NCBI GenBank assembly: GCA_963692865.2
Contig: OY843592.1
Location: 2,976,001 to 3,040,000, forward strand
Source of the DNA: a bacterium
Lineage (GTDB): Bacteria > UBA8248
DNA: 64,000 nucleotides
Reading direction: 5' to 3'
The position numbers were made by a program, and so were the translations under genes. Of the stretch, positions 38,050-50,605 are shown in pieces (within the stretch, counting starts at the first letter, position 1; each line of letters opens with the position of its first letter). Under the pieces are notes generated by a model. It made no database searches and was not told the DNA's origin. It saw only the letters and a list, made by a program, of their open reading frames with translations.

Positions 38050-39237
38050 ATGAAAACCTCAAACCCCACGGTGCGCTTCGAGAACCGAGACTCTCTGAGC
38101 GAAGCCGATGTATGGCTCGTCTTACAAACCCTCCCGGGCATGACGCCGGAGCGCCTGAGCCGGCTGACCGAAGCGTTTGAACGCCCGAGGGAAGCCTTCG
38201 AAGCGCCCGCCGACGTATTCGCGCGCCTTTGCGGCCGAAAAGCGCGTGAAGTTCTCGACAAGGATTCTCCGCTCGATTTGGCCGCAAGGATCCGTCAGGA
38301 GGCGTCGAAACTGGGCGTAGGGATCATCACACGCGATTCGACCCAATACCCCGAGACCCTGCGCGAGATTTACGCCCCGCCGGGCGCATTCTTCACGGAA
38401 GGGGAAATCCTGCCCGCAGACCGCCTCGCCGTCGCCATCGTCGGCATGCGGCGCCCGACGGACTATGGGAGGCGGGTGGCGAGACAACTAGCGTCCGATC
38501 TAGCCAGCAAAGGTGTCACCATCGTCAGCGGCATGGCTTACGGCATCGATGCGGAAGCCCACAAGGCCGCGCTCAATGCGGGAGGCAGAACCATCGCCGT
38601 CCTAGGGTGTGGTCTGACCCAGAACTATCCGGCCGAGCATAAGGAACTCAGGGAGGAGATCGCCGTCCACGGAGCCGTGATATCTGAATTTCACCTTCGC
38701 GCTCATCCGAGAAAAGAGAATTTTCCCAGGAGAAACCGCCTCATCAGCGGCTTGTCCCTGGCGACGGTTGTCGTTGAGGCCGCGCAGCGAAGCGGCGCGC
38801 TCCTCACCGCCCGGCTGGCGCTCGAGCAAGGACGCGAGGTGATGGCCGTTCCGGGGCCCGTTCATACCCAGAAAAGCGCTGGCTGCCACCACCTGCTCAA
38901 AGAGGGGGCGCATCTGGTGGAAAACGCGGGCGACATTGTCGCCGCCCTTCCAGAATACACCCGAAATATGCTAGATAATCCAGCGCAGATTCGAGTCAAG
39001 GGGTTGGGGCCTGAAAAAAGCGACGTTCAAGCAGTCCCGAAAGCGACGCCGCACCCGAATCTCACGGAGGATGAAAACGCGCTTTTGCGTTTGCTGGAGA
39101 ATGGGGACAACACCATAGAGGGATTGACCCAGAAACGGGGCCTGCCGGCGCAGGAAGTTTCATCCGCCCTTTTGCGCCTGGAATTGGAAGGACTCGTGAG
39201 ACAAACGACCTCGGGAATATATGAGCGGATTGTATGA
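38050..39237 (+). CDS. dprA: DNA-processing protein DprA
   Basis: VSGMAYGIDAEAH, FPRRNRLISGLS, SGALLTA, C-terminal winged helix. Confidence 0.96.
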   Translation: MKTSNPTVRFENRDSLSEADVWLVLQTLPGMTPERLSRLTEAFERPREAFEAPADVFARLCGRKAREVLDKDSPLDLAARIRQEASKLGVGIITRDSTQYPETLREIYAPPGAFFTEGEILPADRLAVAIVGMRRPTDYGRRVARQLASDLASKGVTIVSGMAYGIDAEAHKAALNAGGRTIAVLGCGLTQNYPAEHKELREEIAVHGAVISEFHLRAHPRKENFPRRNRLISGLSLATVVVEAAQRSGALLTARLALEQGREVMAVPGPVHTQKSAGCHHLLKEGAHLVENAGDIVAALPEYTRNMLDNPAQIRVKGLGPEKSDVQAVPKATPHPNLTEDENALLRLLENGDNTIEGLTQKRGLPAQEVSSALLRLELEGLVRQTTSGIYERIV

Positions 39238-39431
39238 CGGAGCGCACGGCTTGCTGGCCGATAGGGAATTTTAGATTTGCGCTGTGAATTTCCCCCGAAA
39301 GAAGCATCGGATTCGATGAACCGGCTCCGCAAGGCGCAAACGAGCGCAAATCGAGGAACGATAGCCGCCCGCCAGGAAAATTCATCCGAAGACAGCGCCC
39401 CGAACAACAACCGGCGGGCATGAGAAAGTAA

Positions 39432-41993
39432 ATGACCGACAAAAAAACCTCGAACAAAGCGGCCTCGAAGCGACCCTCCGCCCGGAGAAATACCCGGAAA
39501 AGCGCTTCTCGAACCCCGCAAGACGGCAAATCCGCCCCTAAGCTCCTCATCGTGGAATCGCCGACGAAAGTGCGCACCATCCAGAAATTCCTGGATTCGG
39601 ATTTCGATATCCTCGCATCGCTAGGCCACGTGCGGGATTTGCGAAAAACGGGTGAGCGAAAAATGGGAATCGACGTCCACAACGACTTCAAGGCCGATTA
39701 CGGCGTCATTCAGGGAAAAGCGAAGACCATCGACCAGTTGCGCAAGGCCGCCAGGGCGGCGAAAGAAATTTATCTGGCCCCGGATCCGGACCGCGAGGGC
39801 GAGGCCATCGCCTGGCATATCCAGGAACTCCTTGGGGGTTCTGACGCCGAAAGCGAATTTTATCGGGTGACGTTCAACGAGATTACCAAACGCGCAGTGC
39901 AGGAGGCGCTCCTGAAACCCGGTCGAATCGACCAGAGAAAAGTGGACGCGCAGGAGACCCGCAGAAAGCTGGACAGAATCGTTGGCTTCAAGCTCTCCGG
40001 CGAAATACTATGGAACAAGGTCGCCTTCGGCTTGAGCGCAGGCCGGGTGCAGTCGGTCGCTCTGAAACTAATTTGCGAGCGCGAAGACGCGATAGAGGCC
40101 TTCGACCCGAAAGAATACTGGAGCATCACGGCGCATCTCGAAAAAAGAGGTTTCGAGCCCCCCTTCGAAGCCAAGCTCCACCGAATCGACGGAAAAGATG
40201 CGGAAATACCGGACGAAACCAGGGCGATGGCGCTCGCAGAGAGAATAGCCGCCGGCGCTTTAAGGGTTTCCGGAGTCGAGAAAAAAGAGCGTCGGCGCAG
40301 GCCGCCCGCTCCTTTCATCACCAGCACACTGCAACAGGAAAGCTCCGGCAAACTGCGCTACGGCGCGAAGAAAACCATGCGCATCGCCCAGTCGTTGTAC
40401 GAGGGGGTGAACCTGGGGCGCGAAGCGGGCAACATCGGCCTCATCACCTACATGAGAACGGATTCCGTGCGCTCCGCGCCGGAGGCCGTCGCCGCGGCGC
40501 GCGCCTATATCGAGGCGAAATACGGACAAGACCACCTCCCCGCAAAACCCAACGTCTTCAAGACGAGAGAGACGGCCCAGGATGCGCACGAGGCGATTCG
40601 GCCCACCGACATCGGGCTCACGCCCGACAAGGTGCGCGCCTACCTGAAACCGGAGCAACTCTCGCTCTACCGCCTTATTTGGAGGCGCTTCCTCGCAAGC
40701 CAGATGGCGCCGGCCGTCTACGACCAGACGAGTGTGGACATCACTCCCGACCGACAGGCGCCAAGCGGCGCAGAGGATGAGGAGCTTCTTCTGCGTGCGA
40801 GCGGCTCGGTCCTCAAGTTCAGGGGTTTCTTGAGGGTATACCAGGACGACTCCAAACCGGGGAGCGAGGCGGAAGCCCCGAATGCCGGGACGTCCAACTC
40901 CGGGCAGGACAGGCTCCTGCCTCCTCTTGAGAGTGGAGACCCTCTATCGCTCATAAAATCCGAATCCGCGCCCACCGGCGTCGCCGCCGATCAGCACTTC
41001 ACCCAGCCTCCGCCGCGCTACACGGAAGCCTCCCTGGTGAAGGAACTCGAAGAAGACGGCGTGGGCCGTCCGAGCACCTACGCGAGCATTCTGGACACCC
41101 TGGAGAAACGCAAATACGTCACCATTGAGAGAAGGCGCAGGCAGTTCACGCCCTCCTCGCTCGGTCGGGAGGTGAACCGCCTTCTCATCCAGGGTTTTCC
41201 CGATCAAATCGACGTGGGCTTTACGGCGAAGATGGAAAAATATCTCGACGACATCGAGAACGGGACGACGCCGTGGCTGCCCGTGATGAGAGATTTCTAC
41301 GACAACTTCGACAGGAAAATTCAGATAGCCAAAAAGGAATTGCCGAATATCAAGACCAAGGGAGAGCCCATCGGCAGAAACTGCCCCGAATGCGAGCGCG
41401 AGTTGGTGAAAAAATTCAGCAAGAACGGCTGGTTCATCTCCTGCTCGGGATATCCGGACTGCCGTTATTCGGAGGACATCTCCACTGAAAGCGAAGCCGA
41501 GCCGGAAGCGGCGGAAGAGTTGGCCCGCATCGAGGAAGTCGCCCAGCCTTGCGAGGAATGCGGCGCGCCGATGCAGGCGAAACGAGGACCTTATGGAATA
41601 TATCTCTCCTGCACGGTGTTTCCCGATGCGCACAAGAAAAGAAAGGCGTTCGGCAACGGACAGTCTCCTGCCGCTCCCAAATCGACCGGCGTGCCCTGTC
41701 CCACAGAAGGTTGCAGCGGAGAATTGGTAGAGCGGCGCTCCCGCCGCACCGGGAAGCCCTTTTACGGGTGCAGCCGCTTCCCGGCGTGCAAGACGGTCTC
41801 CTGGGATTGGCCCGTGGCGCAGCCCTGCCCTTCCTGCGGCAACCCCGTTCTCACCATCAAGACGACCAAAAAGAACGGGAGTCAGCTTGTTTGTCCGCAA
41901 AAAGAATGCGGACATGCGGTAGAATGTCCTCCTGAGTTCATCGAACGGATGGAAGCCTCGAAAACCACTCCCGCCCGGGAGGCTTCGGCTTGA
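39432..41993 (+). CDS. topA: DNA topoisomerase I
   Basis: IVESPTK, DPDREGE, SAGRVQS, ITYMRTDS, GRPSTY, C-terminal Zn ribbons. Confidence 0.97.
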   Translation: MTDKKTSNKAASKRPSARRNTRKSASRTPQDGKSAPKLLIVESPTKVRTIQKFLDSDFDILASLGHVRDLRKTGERKMGIDVHNDFKADYGVIQGKAKTIDQLRKAARAAKEIYLAPDPDREGEAIAWHIQELLGGSDAESEFYRVTFNEITKRAVQEALLKPGRIDQRKVDAQETRRKLDRIVGFKLSGEILWNKVAFGLSAGRVQSVALKLICEREDAIEAFDPKEYWSITAHLEKRGFEPPFEAKLHRIDGKDAEIPDETRAMALAERIAAGALRVSGVEKKERRRRPPAPFITSTLQQESSGKLRYGAKKTMRIAQSLYEGVNLGREAGNIGLITYMRTDSVRSAPEAVAAARAYIEAKYGQDHLPAKPNVFKTRETAQDAHEAIRPTDIGLTPDKVRAYLKPEQLSLYRLIWRRFLASQMAPAVYDQTSVDITPDRQAPSGAEDEELLLRASGSVLKFRGFLRVYQDDSKPGSEAEAPNAGTSNSGQDRLLPPLESGDPLSLIKSESAPTGVAADQHFTQPPPRYTEASLVKELEEDGVGRPSTYASILDTLEKRKYVTIERRRRQFTPSSLGREVNRLLIQGFPDQIDVGFTAKMEKYLDDIENGTTPWLPVMRDFYDNFDRKIQIAKKELPNIKTKGEPIGRNCPECERELVKKFSKNGWFISCSGYPDCRYSEDISTESEAEPEAAEELARIEEVAQPCEECGAPMQAKRGPYGIYLSCTVFPDAHKKRKAFGNGQSPAAPKSTGVPCPTEGCSGELVERRSRRTGKPFYGCSRFPACKTVSWDWPVAQPCPSCGNPVLTIKTTKKNGSQLVCPQKECGHAVECPPEFIERMEASKTTPAREASA

Positions 41994-43324
41994 GCGACAG
42001 ACTGCGGATCATCGGCGGCGGCCTTGCGGGCTGCGAGGCCGCCTGGCAGGCAGCGAAACGAGGCGTCGAAGTCGACCTCTACGAGATGCGTCCCCACAAG
42101 AAAACGCCCGCGCATGAAACCAGCGGATTGGCCGAACTCGTCTGCTCGAACTCGTTTCGCTCCAATTCCATGGAAAACGCCTCGGGCCTCCTCAAAGAAG
42201 AAATGCGCAAGCTCGACTCAATCATCCTGCGGGGCGCAGACTCCTGCCGGGTTCCCGCTGGTCTGGCGCTGGCCGTCGATCGGGCGTCTTTCAGCAAAAC
42301 GGTCACCGAAGCGATCGAAAACGATCCGCGAATCACCATCCACAGAGAAGAAATCAGGGATTTGGAGGATAAAACCCTCACCATCGTCGCCACCGGCCCG
42401 CTTACCAGCGATTCCCTCTCCGCGGAAATCGCCCGCCTCACGCAGGGCAAGTATCTGTATTTCTACGACGCCATTTCGCCCATCCTGTCTGCGGACAGCA
42501 TCGACATGTCAGTGGCGTTCACCTGCTCGCGTTACGGCAAAGGCAACGAAGAGGGCGGAGAGGGCGACTATCTGAACCTGGGCCTCAACGAATCGCAATA
42601 TTATCAATTCGTCAAGGATCTCCTCGCCGGTGAGAAAATCCCCCTCAGGGAGTTTGAACGCGCCATCTATTTCGAGGGCTGCCTCCCTCTTGAGGAAATG
42701 GCCGCCCGGGGAAAAGACACACTGGCGTTCGGACCCATGAAGCCTGTGGGTCTCGAGCATCCCGAAACGGGAGAGACGTACTGCGCGGTCGCTCAGCTAA
42801 GGCGCGAGGATTTGACGGGAGATTACTTCTCAATGGTGGGCTTTCAGACCAGGTTGCGCTACCCCGAACAAAAGCGCATCTTCTCGACGCTGCCCGCTCT
42901 CGGGAACGCGCGCTTTTTGCGCTACGGAAGTCTACACCGCAATACCTACATCAACGCGCCGCGCCTGATGCGGATTACCCTGCAACTCAAGCGTCACCCG
43001 CATATTTTCATGGCGGGCCAGCTCACCGGCGTGGAGGGATATCTCGAATCGGCCGCCATCGGCTTGATCGCCGGGATGAACACGGCCGCCCTCATCCAGG
43101 AAGAACCCATCACTCCCCCGCCACCGACGACGGCGCTCGGCGCCCTGAATCGCTACATCATCGAGGCGAACCCGAGAAACTTCCAGCCCATGAACATCAA
43201 CTTCGGCCTCTTTCCGCCCCTGGAAAAGCGCGTCCCCAAGAAGTTCAGGAAAAAGCACGTCACCAATCGCGCCATCGAGGATATGGAGCAATGGAGAAGC
43301 AAACTCGCCTCACAAACAGCCTGA
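41990..43324 (+). CDS. trmFO: Folate/FAD-dependent tRNA (uracil-5)-methyltransferase TrmFO
   Basis: GGGLAGCEAA, ELVCSNS, FYDAISP, FGPMKPVGL, AGQLTGVEGY. Confidence 0.97.
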   Translation: MSDRLRIIGGGLAGCEAAWQAAKRGVEVDLYEMRPHKKTPAHETSGLAELVCSNSFRSNSMENASGLLKEEMRKLDSIILRGADSCRVPAGLALAVDRASFSKTVTEAIENDPRITIHREEIRDLEDKTLTIVATGPLTSDSLSAEIARLTQGKYLYFYDAISPILSADSIDMSVAFTCSRYGKGNEEGGEGDYLNLGLNESQYYQFVKDLLAGEKIPLREFERAIYFEGCLPLEEMAARGKDTLAFGPMKPVGLEHPETGETYCAVAQLRREDLTGDYFSMVGFQTRLRYPEQKRIFSTLPALGNARFLRYGSLHRNTYINAPRLMRITLQLKRHPHIFMAGQLTGVEGYLESAAIGLIAGMNTAALIQEEPITPPPPTTALGALNRYIIEANPRNFQPMNINFGLFPPLEKRVPKKFRKKHVTNRAIEDMEQWRSKLASQTA

Positions 43325-44232
43325 GCGAAGCCCGGGAGTTGTTCGAGGCGCACCTGCGCGATGAGCGCGACAGTTCGGAGCACACGCTTCGCGCATACGC
43401 GGCGGATCTGAAGGAATTCGACGATTTTCTCACCGATTGGGCGCAAAAGCCGGTTCCGCTGGATGAAATCGACTCTCTGGCCGTCCGCGGCTATCTCGGA
43501 TTTCTGTACCGAAAGGGAGTCTCGCCGACGACCGTAAACCGGCACCTTTCGAGCATACGCAGCCTGTTTCGCTTCTTGAGGCGAGAGGGCTTCCCCCTGG
43601 GCGACCCGGCGGGAGAAGTACCCTCACCCAAAGAAACCAGGCCTTTGCCGACCTTCTTGCCCGTGGATGACGCCGTCCGACTCATGGAGATGCCCGACAC
43701 CTCGACCCCCGAGGGACTTAGAGACAAGGCGATCTTCGAGCTTCTCTACGGATCGGGCTTGCGGGTCAGCGAATTGACGGGTCTGAACCGCGCCGATCTG
43801 AACATGGCGGAGAGACTCATCCGCGTTCGCGGAAAAGGAAGAAAAGAGAGAATCGTGCCCATCACCAAGGAGGCGGCGAAAGCCGTAGCCAACCATCTTG
43901 CACATATAGAAGCAAACCCTCTTGATGATTCGCCCCTTTTCATCAACAAGCGGAACAAGAGAATCTCCCCGGCCTTCGTGCGCTCTATTTTCCGCGCATA
44001 TGAAAAAAAAGGCGGTTTCAGCTATCATTTCACCCCGCATGCCCTTCGCCATACGGCGGCGACGCATTTACTCGAGAGCCAAGAGGCCGACCTTCGCTCG
44101 ATCCAGGAGTTGTTGGGACACGCGAGCCTCTCCACGACGCAAAGATACACGCAGGTGGACTTCTCTCACCTGCGCGCCGTGTATGACGACGCGCACCCCA
44201 GGGCGAAGACGAAACCCGAACGAGGACGATAG
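43291..44232 (+). CDS. xerC: Tyrosine recombinase XerC
   Basis: GLRVSEL, GKGRKER, HALRH, LGH, TTQRY, HPRA; trmFO-xerC-hslVU context. Confidence 0.92.
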   Translation: MEKQTRLTNSLSEARELFEAHLRDERDSSEHTLRAYAADLKEFDDFLTDWAQKPVPLDEIDSLAVRGYLGFLYRKGVSPTTVNRHLSSIRSLFRFLRREGFPLGDPAGEVPSPKETRPLPTFLPVDDAVRLMEMPDTSTPEGLRDKAIFELLYGSGLRVSELTGLNRADLNMAERLIRVRGKGRKERIVPITKEAAKAVANHLAHIEANPLDDSPLFINKRNKRISPAFVRSIFRAYEKKGGFSYHFTPHALRHTAATHLLESQEADLRSIQELLGHASLSTTQRYTQVDFSHLRAVYDDAHPRAKTKPERGR

Positions 44233-44781
44233 ATGACGACGCCAGGCGCAATCATCCACTCCACCACGATTCTCGCGCTGCGCTACAATGGGCAAACGGC
44301 TCTGGGCGGGGACGGGCAGGTCACCATGGGAAACGCGGCGGTGAAGCACGGCGCCGTGAAAATCCGCAAGCTCGGTGACGGCAAGGTGCTCGCCGGTTTC
44401 GCGGGTTCGGCTTCCGACGCCATCGCCCTGTTCGAACGGTTCGAAGGAAAGCTCGAAGAATATCGGGGGAATCTGTCGCGCGCCGCCGTGGAGATGGGCA
44501 AGGACTGGCGGACGGACAGGGTACTTCGCCGCCTGGAAGCTCTCCTCGCCGTGGCGGATAAGGAAACCTCTCTCATTCTCTCGGGTACGGGCGACATCAT
44601 CGAGCCCGATGACGGCGTACTCGGAATCGGCAGCGGCGGTCCCATGGCCATCGCCGCCGCGCGCGGCATTTTGAGCCTCGAACCCGACCTCGATGCCGAT
44701 GAAATCGTAAGGAAATCTCTGGAAATCGCAGCGGACATCTGCGTCTACACCAACAGCAACATTTCAGTGGAAACCCTTTGA
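44233..44781 (+). CDS. hslV: ATP-dependent protease subunit HslV
   Basis: HSTTIL, GDGQVT, GFAG, WRTD, IGSGG, ICVYTN. Confidence 0.97.
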   Translation: MTTPGAIIHSTTILALRYNGQTALGGDGQVTMGNAAVKHGAVKIRKLGDGKVLAGFAGSASDAIALFERFEGKLEEYRGNLSRAAVEMGKDWRTDRVLRRLEALLAVADKETSLILSGTGDIIEPDDGVLGIGSGGPMAIAAARGILSLEPDLDADEIVRKSLEIAADICVYTNSNISVETL

Positions 44782-46139
44782 TGGAAAACCTCACCCCCGC
44801 ACGAATCGTCGAGGAACTCGACCGCTATGTCGTCGGCCAGAAAGACGCCAAGCGAGCCGTGGCGGTTGCCCTCAGAAACCGCTGGCGCAGGCAGCAACTG
44901 CCGCCCGAGATGGCCGAGGACGTGGCGCCCAAGAACATCATCATGATAGGCCCCACCGGCGTCGGGAAGACCGAGATCGCAAGACGCCTGGCCAAACTGG
45001 CGAAAAGCCCGTTCATCAAGGTCGAGGCCAGCAAATTCACCGAGGTGGGCTACGTGGGCCGCGATGTGGAGAGCATGATTCGCGACCTCGTCGAACTGGC
45101 GCGAAACATCGTTCAGGAGGAGCAGCGCGACATCAACAAGAGCAAGGCCCAGGAACTCGCCGAAGAACGCCTGCTCGATTTGCTGCTGCCGCGTCCCCCG
45201 GGATTCGGCGCGCTTGATGAGCGAGGCCAATCCCGCGACCCGCTCGGCGAGGAGAGCTATCAGCGTTCGCGGGAGAAGTTTCGCTCCCTGCTCCTCGAGG
45301 GAAAACTCGACGACCGGGAAGTGGAGATAGAAGTGGCGGACAGAGGCCCCGAAATTCACTTCATGGGCGGGAGCGACATGGAGCAGATCGGCATCAACAT
45401 GAAGGAAATCATGGGAAACTTCATGCCCCAGACCCCCAAGAGCAGGCGCATGAAGGTGCCCGAAGCTTTCGAGTATCTCGCCCAGGATGAGGCGGACAAG
45501 CTCATCGACCCGGACAACCTGAACGCCGAGGCCATCGAGCGCACCGAGCAGTCCGGCATCGTATTTCTCGATGAGGTCGACAAGGTCGCCGCCCAGAACA
45601 ACGGGAGAGGAGGCCCCGACGTCTCGCGCGAAGGCGTGCAAAGAGACCTGCTCCCCATCGTGGAAGGCTCTACGGTACAGACCAAGTACGGCCCGGTGAA
45701 GACGGACCACATCCTCTTCATCGCGGCGGGCGCGTTCCACATGGCCAAGCCCTCGGACCTCCTGCCCGAACTCCAGGGCCGCTTCCCCATCCGCGTGGAA
45801 CTCGACTCCCTGGACCGCGATGATTTCATCCGCATCCTCCAGGAACCCGAAAACGCGCTTGTGCGCCAATACCCCGCCCTTCTGGCGACGGAGGGCGTCA
45901 ACATCACATTCGGGGAAGACGCCGTGAAAGAAGTGGCCGACTTCGCCTTCCGCATCAACGAGCAGACCGAGAACATCGGCGCCAGAAGACTTCACACCAT
46001 CATGGAACGACTTCTCGAGGAAATTTCCTTCCGGGCGCCCGAGATGTCCGGCGAAAGCGTGGAGATAGACGCCGCCTACGTGCGCGAGCGCCTGAGCGAC
46101 ATCGTCGAAGACCTTGACTTGAGCCGTTATATTCTCTAA
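44781..46139 (+). CDS. hslU: ATP-dependent protease ATPase HslU
   Basis: [35 protein letters not shown]. Confidence 0.98.
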   Translation: MENLTPARIVEELDRYVVGQKDAKRAVAVALRNRWRRQQLPPEMAEDVAPKNIIMIGPTGVGKTEIARRLAKLAKSPFIKVEASKFTEVGYVGRDVESMIRDLVELARNIVQEEQRDINKSKAQELAEERLLDLLLPRPPGFGALDERGQSRDPLGEESYQRSREKFRSLLLEGKLDDREVEIEVADRGPEIHFMGGSDMEQIGINMKEIMGNFMPQTPKSRRMKVPEAFEYLAQDEADKLIDPDNLNAEAIERTEQSGIVFLDEVDKVAAQNNGRGGPDVSREGVQRDLLPIVEGSTVQTKYGPVKTDHILFIAAGAFHMAKPSDLLPELQGRFPIRVELDSLDRDDFIRILQEPENALVRQYPALLATEGVNITFGEDAVKEVADFAFRINEQTENIGARRLHTIMERLLEEISFRAPEMSGESVEIDAAYVRERLSDIVEDLDLSRYIL

Positions 46140-46242
46140 ACCTTCTCCCCTTCCCTCTTGGCCTTGCGCCCTGGGGGAGTGTATATTTCTCGGCTTATGA
46201 CGAGAAAGCCGTATTCCATTCTCTGTTTTTGAAGGTTTGGAC

Positions 46243-47118
46243 ATGGAACCGAGAGACAGGGCGGCGACGCTGGTTGAAGCGCTGCCCTACATCCAACAGT
46301 TCGCGGGCAAGACCATCGTCGTCAAATACGGCGGCGCGGCCCAGGTGCAGCCGGAACTTCACGCTCCGTTCGCCCAGGACATCGTGCTGCTCAAGTACGT
46401 GGGTATCAACGTGGTCGTCGTCCACGGCGGCGGCCCCCAAATCGGCGAGACACTCAAGAAGATTGGCAAGACCAGCGAGTTCATCGAAGGCCTCCGGGTG
46501 ACGGACGAGGAAACCGTCGGCGTGGTGGAGATGGTGCTTTCCGGCGCTACGAACAAGAGCATCGTGAGGCTCATCAACCGGCACGGTGGGAACGCCGTGG
46601 GCCTTTCCGGTTCGGACGCAGGCCTCACGACGGCGAAAAAACTGATCATGAGCAGAAAAGGACCAAGCGGGGAGGACATGGAGTATGACCTGGGGCGCGT
46701 CGGCGAGGTGCTGGCGATACAGCCCGACATCATCCACCACCTCACCGACGGCGGCTTCATTCCCGTCATCGCGCCCCTTGGTGTTGGGCGGGACGGCAAC
46801 GTTTACAACATCAACGCCGACTCGGCAGCCGGCGCCATTGCCGGAGCCCTTCACGCGGAAAAATTCATCCTCCTGACGGACGTGCCCGGTATTCTGGGCG
46901 ATGACGAGAACCTCATCAGCACCATCAGGCGCGATGACGTCAAAAGGCTCAAAGAAGAGAAAATCGTCACCGGCGGGATGATCCCGAAAGTCGCCGCGTG
47001 TCTGGACGCCCTCTCATCGGACGTCACGAAAACCCACATCGTCGACGGCAGGGTTCCTCACGCCGTACTGCTCGAAGTGTTCACGGATGAAGGCGTGGGC
47101 ACGCAAATCGTCAGATAG
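46243..47118 (+). CDS. argB: Acetylglutamate kinase
   Basis: EALPYI, VKYGG, HGGGP, GLRVTD, NINAD, GGMIPK. Confidence 0.97.
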   Translation: MEPRDRAATLVEALPYIQQFAGKTIVVKYGGAAQVQPELHAPFAQDIVLLKYVGINVVVVHGGGPQIGETLKKIGKTSEFIEGLRVTDEETVGVVEMVLSGATNKSIVRLINRHGGNAVGLSGSDAGLTTAKKLIMSRKGPSGEDMEYDLGRVGEVLAIQPDIIHHLTDGGFIPVIAPLGVGRDGNVYNINADSAAGAIAGALHAEKFILLTDVPGILGDDENLISTIRRDDVKRLKEEKIVTGGMIPKVAACLDALSSDVTKTHIVDGRVPHAVLLEVFTDEGVGTQIVR

Positions 47119-47138
47119 CTTCTTTTTTGGGGAAAAGC

Positions 47139-48332
47139 ATGGACAACGCCACACTGATCTCGGACGCCGCACTCAACGTCGCCCCCACGTACGGGCGCTA
47201 CCCCATCGCCCTGGTTCGCGGCGAGGGATGCCGCGTCTGGGATGCGGACGGGAAAGAGTATCTGGATTTCGTATCCGGCCTGGCGGTGTGCAACCTGGGG
47301 CATTGCCACCCCGGCGTCGTAGACGCCATCAGGGGACAGGCCGGAAAACTCATCCACGTCTCGAACCTCTACCACATCGAGCCCCAGATCGAGTTGGCGA
47401 AGAAGCTCAACCGGCTCTCTTTCGGCGACAAGACGTTTTTCTGCAACAGCGGCACGGAGGCAGTCGAGGCGGCACTCAAACTCGCCAGAAAGTATTCGTT
47501 CAAAAAATACGGGGAAGGCCGACACGAGATACTGAGCTTCGACATGAGTTTCCACGGCCGCACCATGGCCTCGCTCACCGCCACGGGTCAGACGAAGTTT
47601 CACGGGGCGTTCAAGCCTCTGCTGCCCGGGTTCCGGTACTTGCCCTTCGGCGATTTGGAGTCGGTGGCCGCCTCGGTTTCGGAGCAGACCTGCGCCATCA
47701 TGGTGGAGCCCATCCAGGGCGAGGGCGGCGTGAACGTGCCGCCTGATGGCTATCTCAAGGGTTTGCGCGAAATTTGCGACGCGAACGATCTCCTCCTTCT
47801 CTTCGACGAGGTCCAAGTCGGTCTGGGCAGGACGGGAAAACTCTGGGCGTATGAGCACGAGGGCGTCGCGCCCGACGCCATGAGCCTCGCGAAGGCCCTT
47901 GCCGGCGGAACCGCCATCGGCGCGCTGGTCGCCTCGGACAAGGCCATGGCGTTCGAACCGGGAGATCACGCCGCCACGTTCGGCGGCAATCCCCTGGCCA
48001 CCGCCGCGGGATGCGCCGCGATGGACGCCATCACCGCGCCCGGATTCCTCGAACACGTACAGGAGATGGGAGCGTACGCCACCGCGGGACTCGAGGAATT
48101 GGCGACGCGGCACGCCATCATCAAGGACATCCGGGGCAAGGGGCTGATCATCGGCTGCGAAGTGGACGTGGACGCGACATCCATCGTCACGAAGGGTCTG
48201 GATGCGGGCTTTTTGCTCAACGTGGCCGTCCAGAAGGTCATCCGGCTCATCCCTCCCCTCGTCGTGGAAAAAGGGATGATCGACAAGCTGATGAATTTCT
48301 TGGATGAGGCGCTGGCGGAACTGGCGAAATGA
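47139..48332 (+). CDS. argD: Acetylornithine aminotransferase
   Basis: NSGTEAVE, SFHGRT, EPIQGEGG, DEVQ, LAKALAGG, TFGGNP; arg operon context. Confidence 0.95.
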   Translation: MDNATLISDAALNVAPTYGRYPIALVRGEGCRVWDADGKEYLDFVSGLAVCNLGHCHPGVVDAIRGQAGKLIHVSNLYHIEPQIELAKKLNRLSFGDKTFFCNSGTEAVEAALKLARKYSFKKYGEGRHEILSFDMSFHGRTMASLTATGQTKFHGAFKPLLPGFRYLPFGDLESVAASVSEQTCAIMVEPIQGEGGVNVPPDGYLKGLREICDANDLLLLFDEVQVGLGRTGKLWAYEHEGVAPDAMSLAKALAGGTAIGALVASDKAMAFEPGDHAATFGGNPLATAAGCAAMDAITAPGFLEHVQEMGAYATAGLEELATRHAIIKDIRGKGLIIGCEVDVDATSIVTKGLDAGFLLNVAVQKVIRLIPPLVVEKGMIDKLMNFLDEALAELAK

Positions 48333-49256
48333 AAAAGCGCGACTACCTCACAGGCTTTGAACTGAGCGCCGCGCAAACGCGCGAACTCATCGAGGAGGCG
48401 CTCGTCCAGAAAAAAGAAACGGCGCAGGGGAAACTACGCCCCGCGCTGGCGGGAAAGAACTTTGCGCTTATCTTCGAAAAACACTCCACGAGGACGCGGG
48501 TTTCCTTCGAGGCGGGCCTCACCCAACTGGGGGCCAGCACCATTTTCCTCGCGCCGAACGACACACAGATCGCCCGTGGGGAAACCCCCGCGGACAGCGC
48601 CAAGGTGCTGAGCGAATACGTGGACGGCATCGTCGTCAGAACATATGCCCATGCGCGCGTGGAGGAAATCGCTGCGAACGCGAGCGTCCCCGTGGTCAAC
48701 GGCCTCACGGACCTGCACCACCCTTGCCAGGCGCTCGCCGATTTCCTGACGATGAGGGAACGCTACGGCACGCTCGAAAATCTCAAGCTCGCCTATCTGG
48801 GCGACGGGAACAACGTGCTGCATTCGCTGCTCATCGTGGGCGCATTGAGCGGCGTCGACGTTTGCGCCGCGTGCCCGAAAGAGTATTGGCCGGACTCCGA
48901 AGTCCTGGAGCAGGCCCGAAACACGGCGCGAGAATCGAACGCGCAAATCCACGTCACCGAGAGCGTGGAAGAAGCCTGCGCGGGCGCCCACGCCGTCTAC
49001 ACGGACGTGTGGGCTTCCATGGGACAGGAAGCTGAGAACGAACGCCGCCAGAAAGACCTGGCCCCGTACCAGGTGAACGAGGGCGTGTTCCGGGGCGCGA
49101 ACGAGGACGCCGTTTTCATGCACTGCCTCCCCGCCCACAGGGGGGAGGAGGTGACGGCGGAAGTCATCGACGGCCCGAGGAGCGTCGTTTTCACGCAGGC
49201 CGGAAATCGGCTCCACGCACAGAAGATTCTCCTTCAAATCCTGGCCGGAGGAAGTG

Positions 49257-49267
<11 letters not shown>
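48329..49267 (+). CDS. argF: Ornithine carbamoyltransferase
   Basis: STRTR, HPCQ, GDGNNV, ASMG, HCLP. Confidence 0.97.
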
Positions 49268-50471
<1,204 letters not shown>

Positions 50472-50605
50472 AATTCCAGGACTTAGAACCTAAGACTGCA
50501 CGGAATCTTCTGTTGAGTGGGGACGCTGAACGAAGAATTCATGATCCGGGCGTGGATGGATGAATGCTCTCCCGGGCTGAAACTCCTTACCCTTACGAGA
50601 TTGAA

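Noticed and set aside
43291-44232. Tyrosine recombinase as a mobile-element integrase
   Set aside because: Canonical topA-trmFO-xerC-hslVU context and XerC-type HPRA C-terminus
50472-50605. argH remnant or ncRNA after argG
   Set aside because: No ArgH-like translation or convincing structure; argH is probably elsewhere
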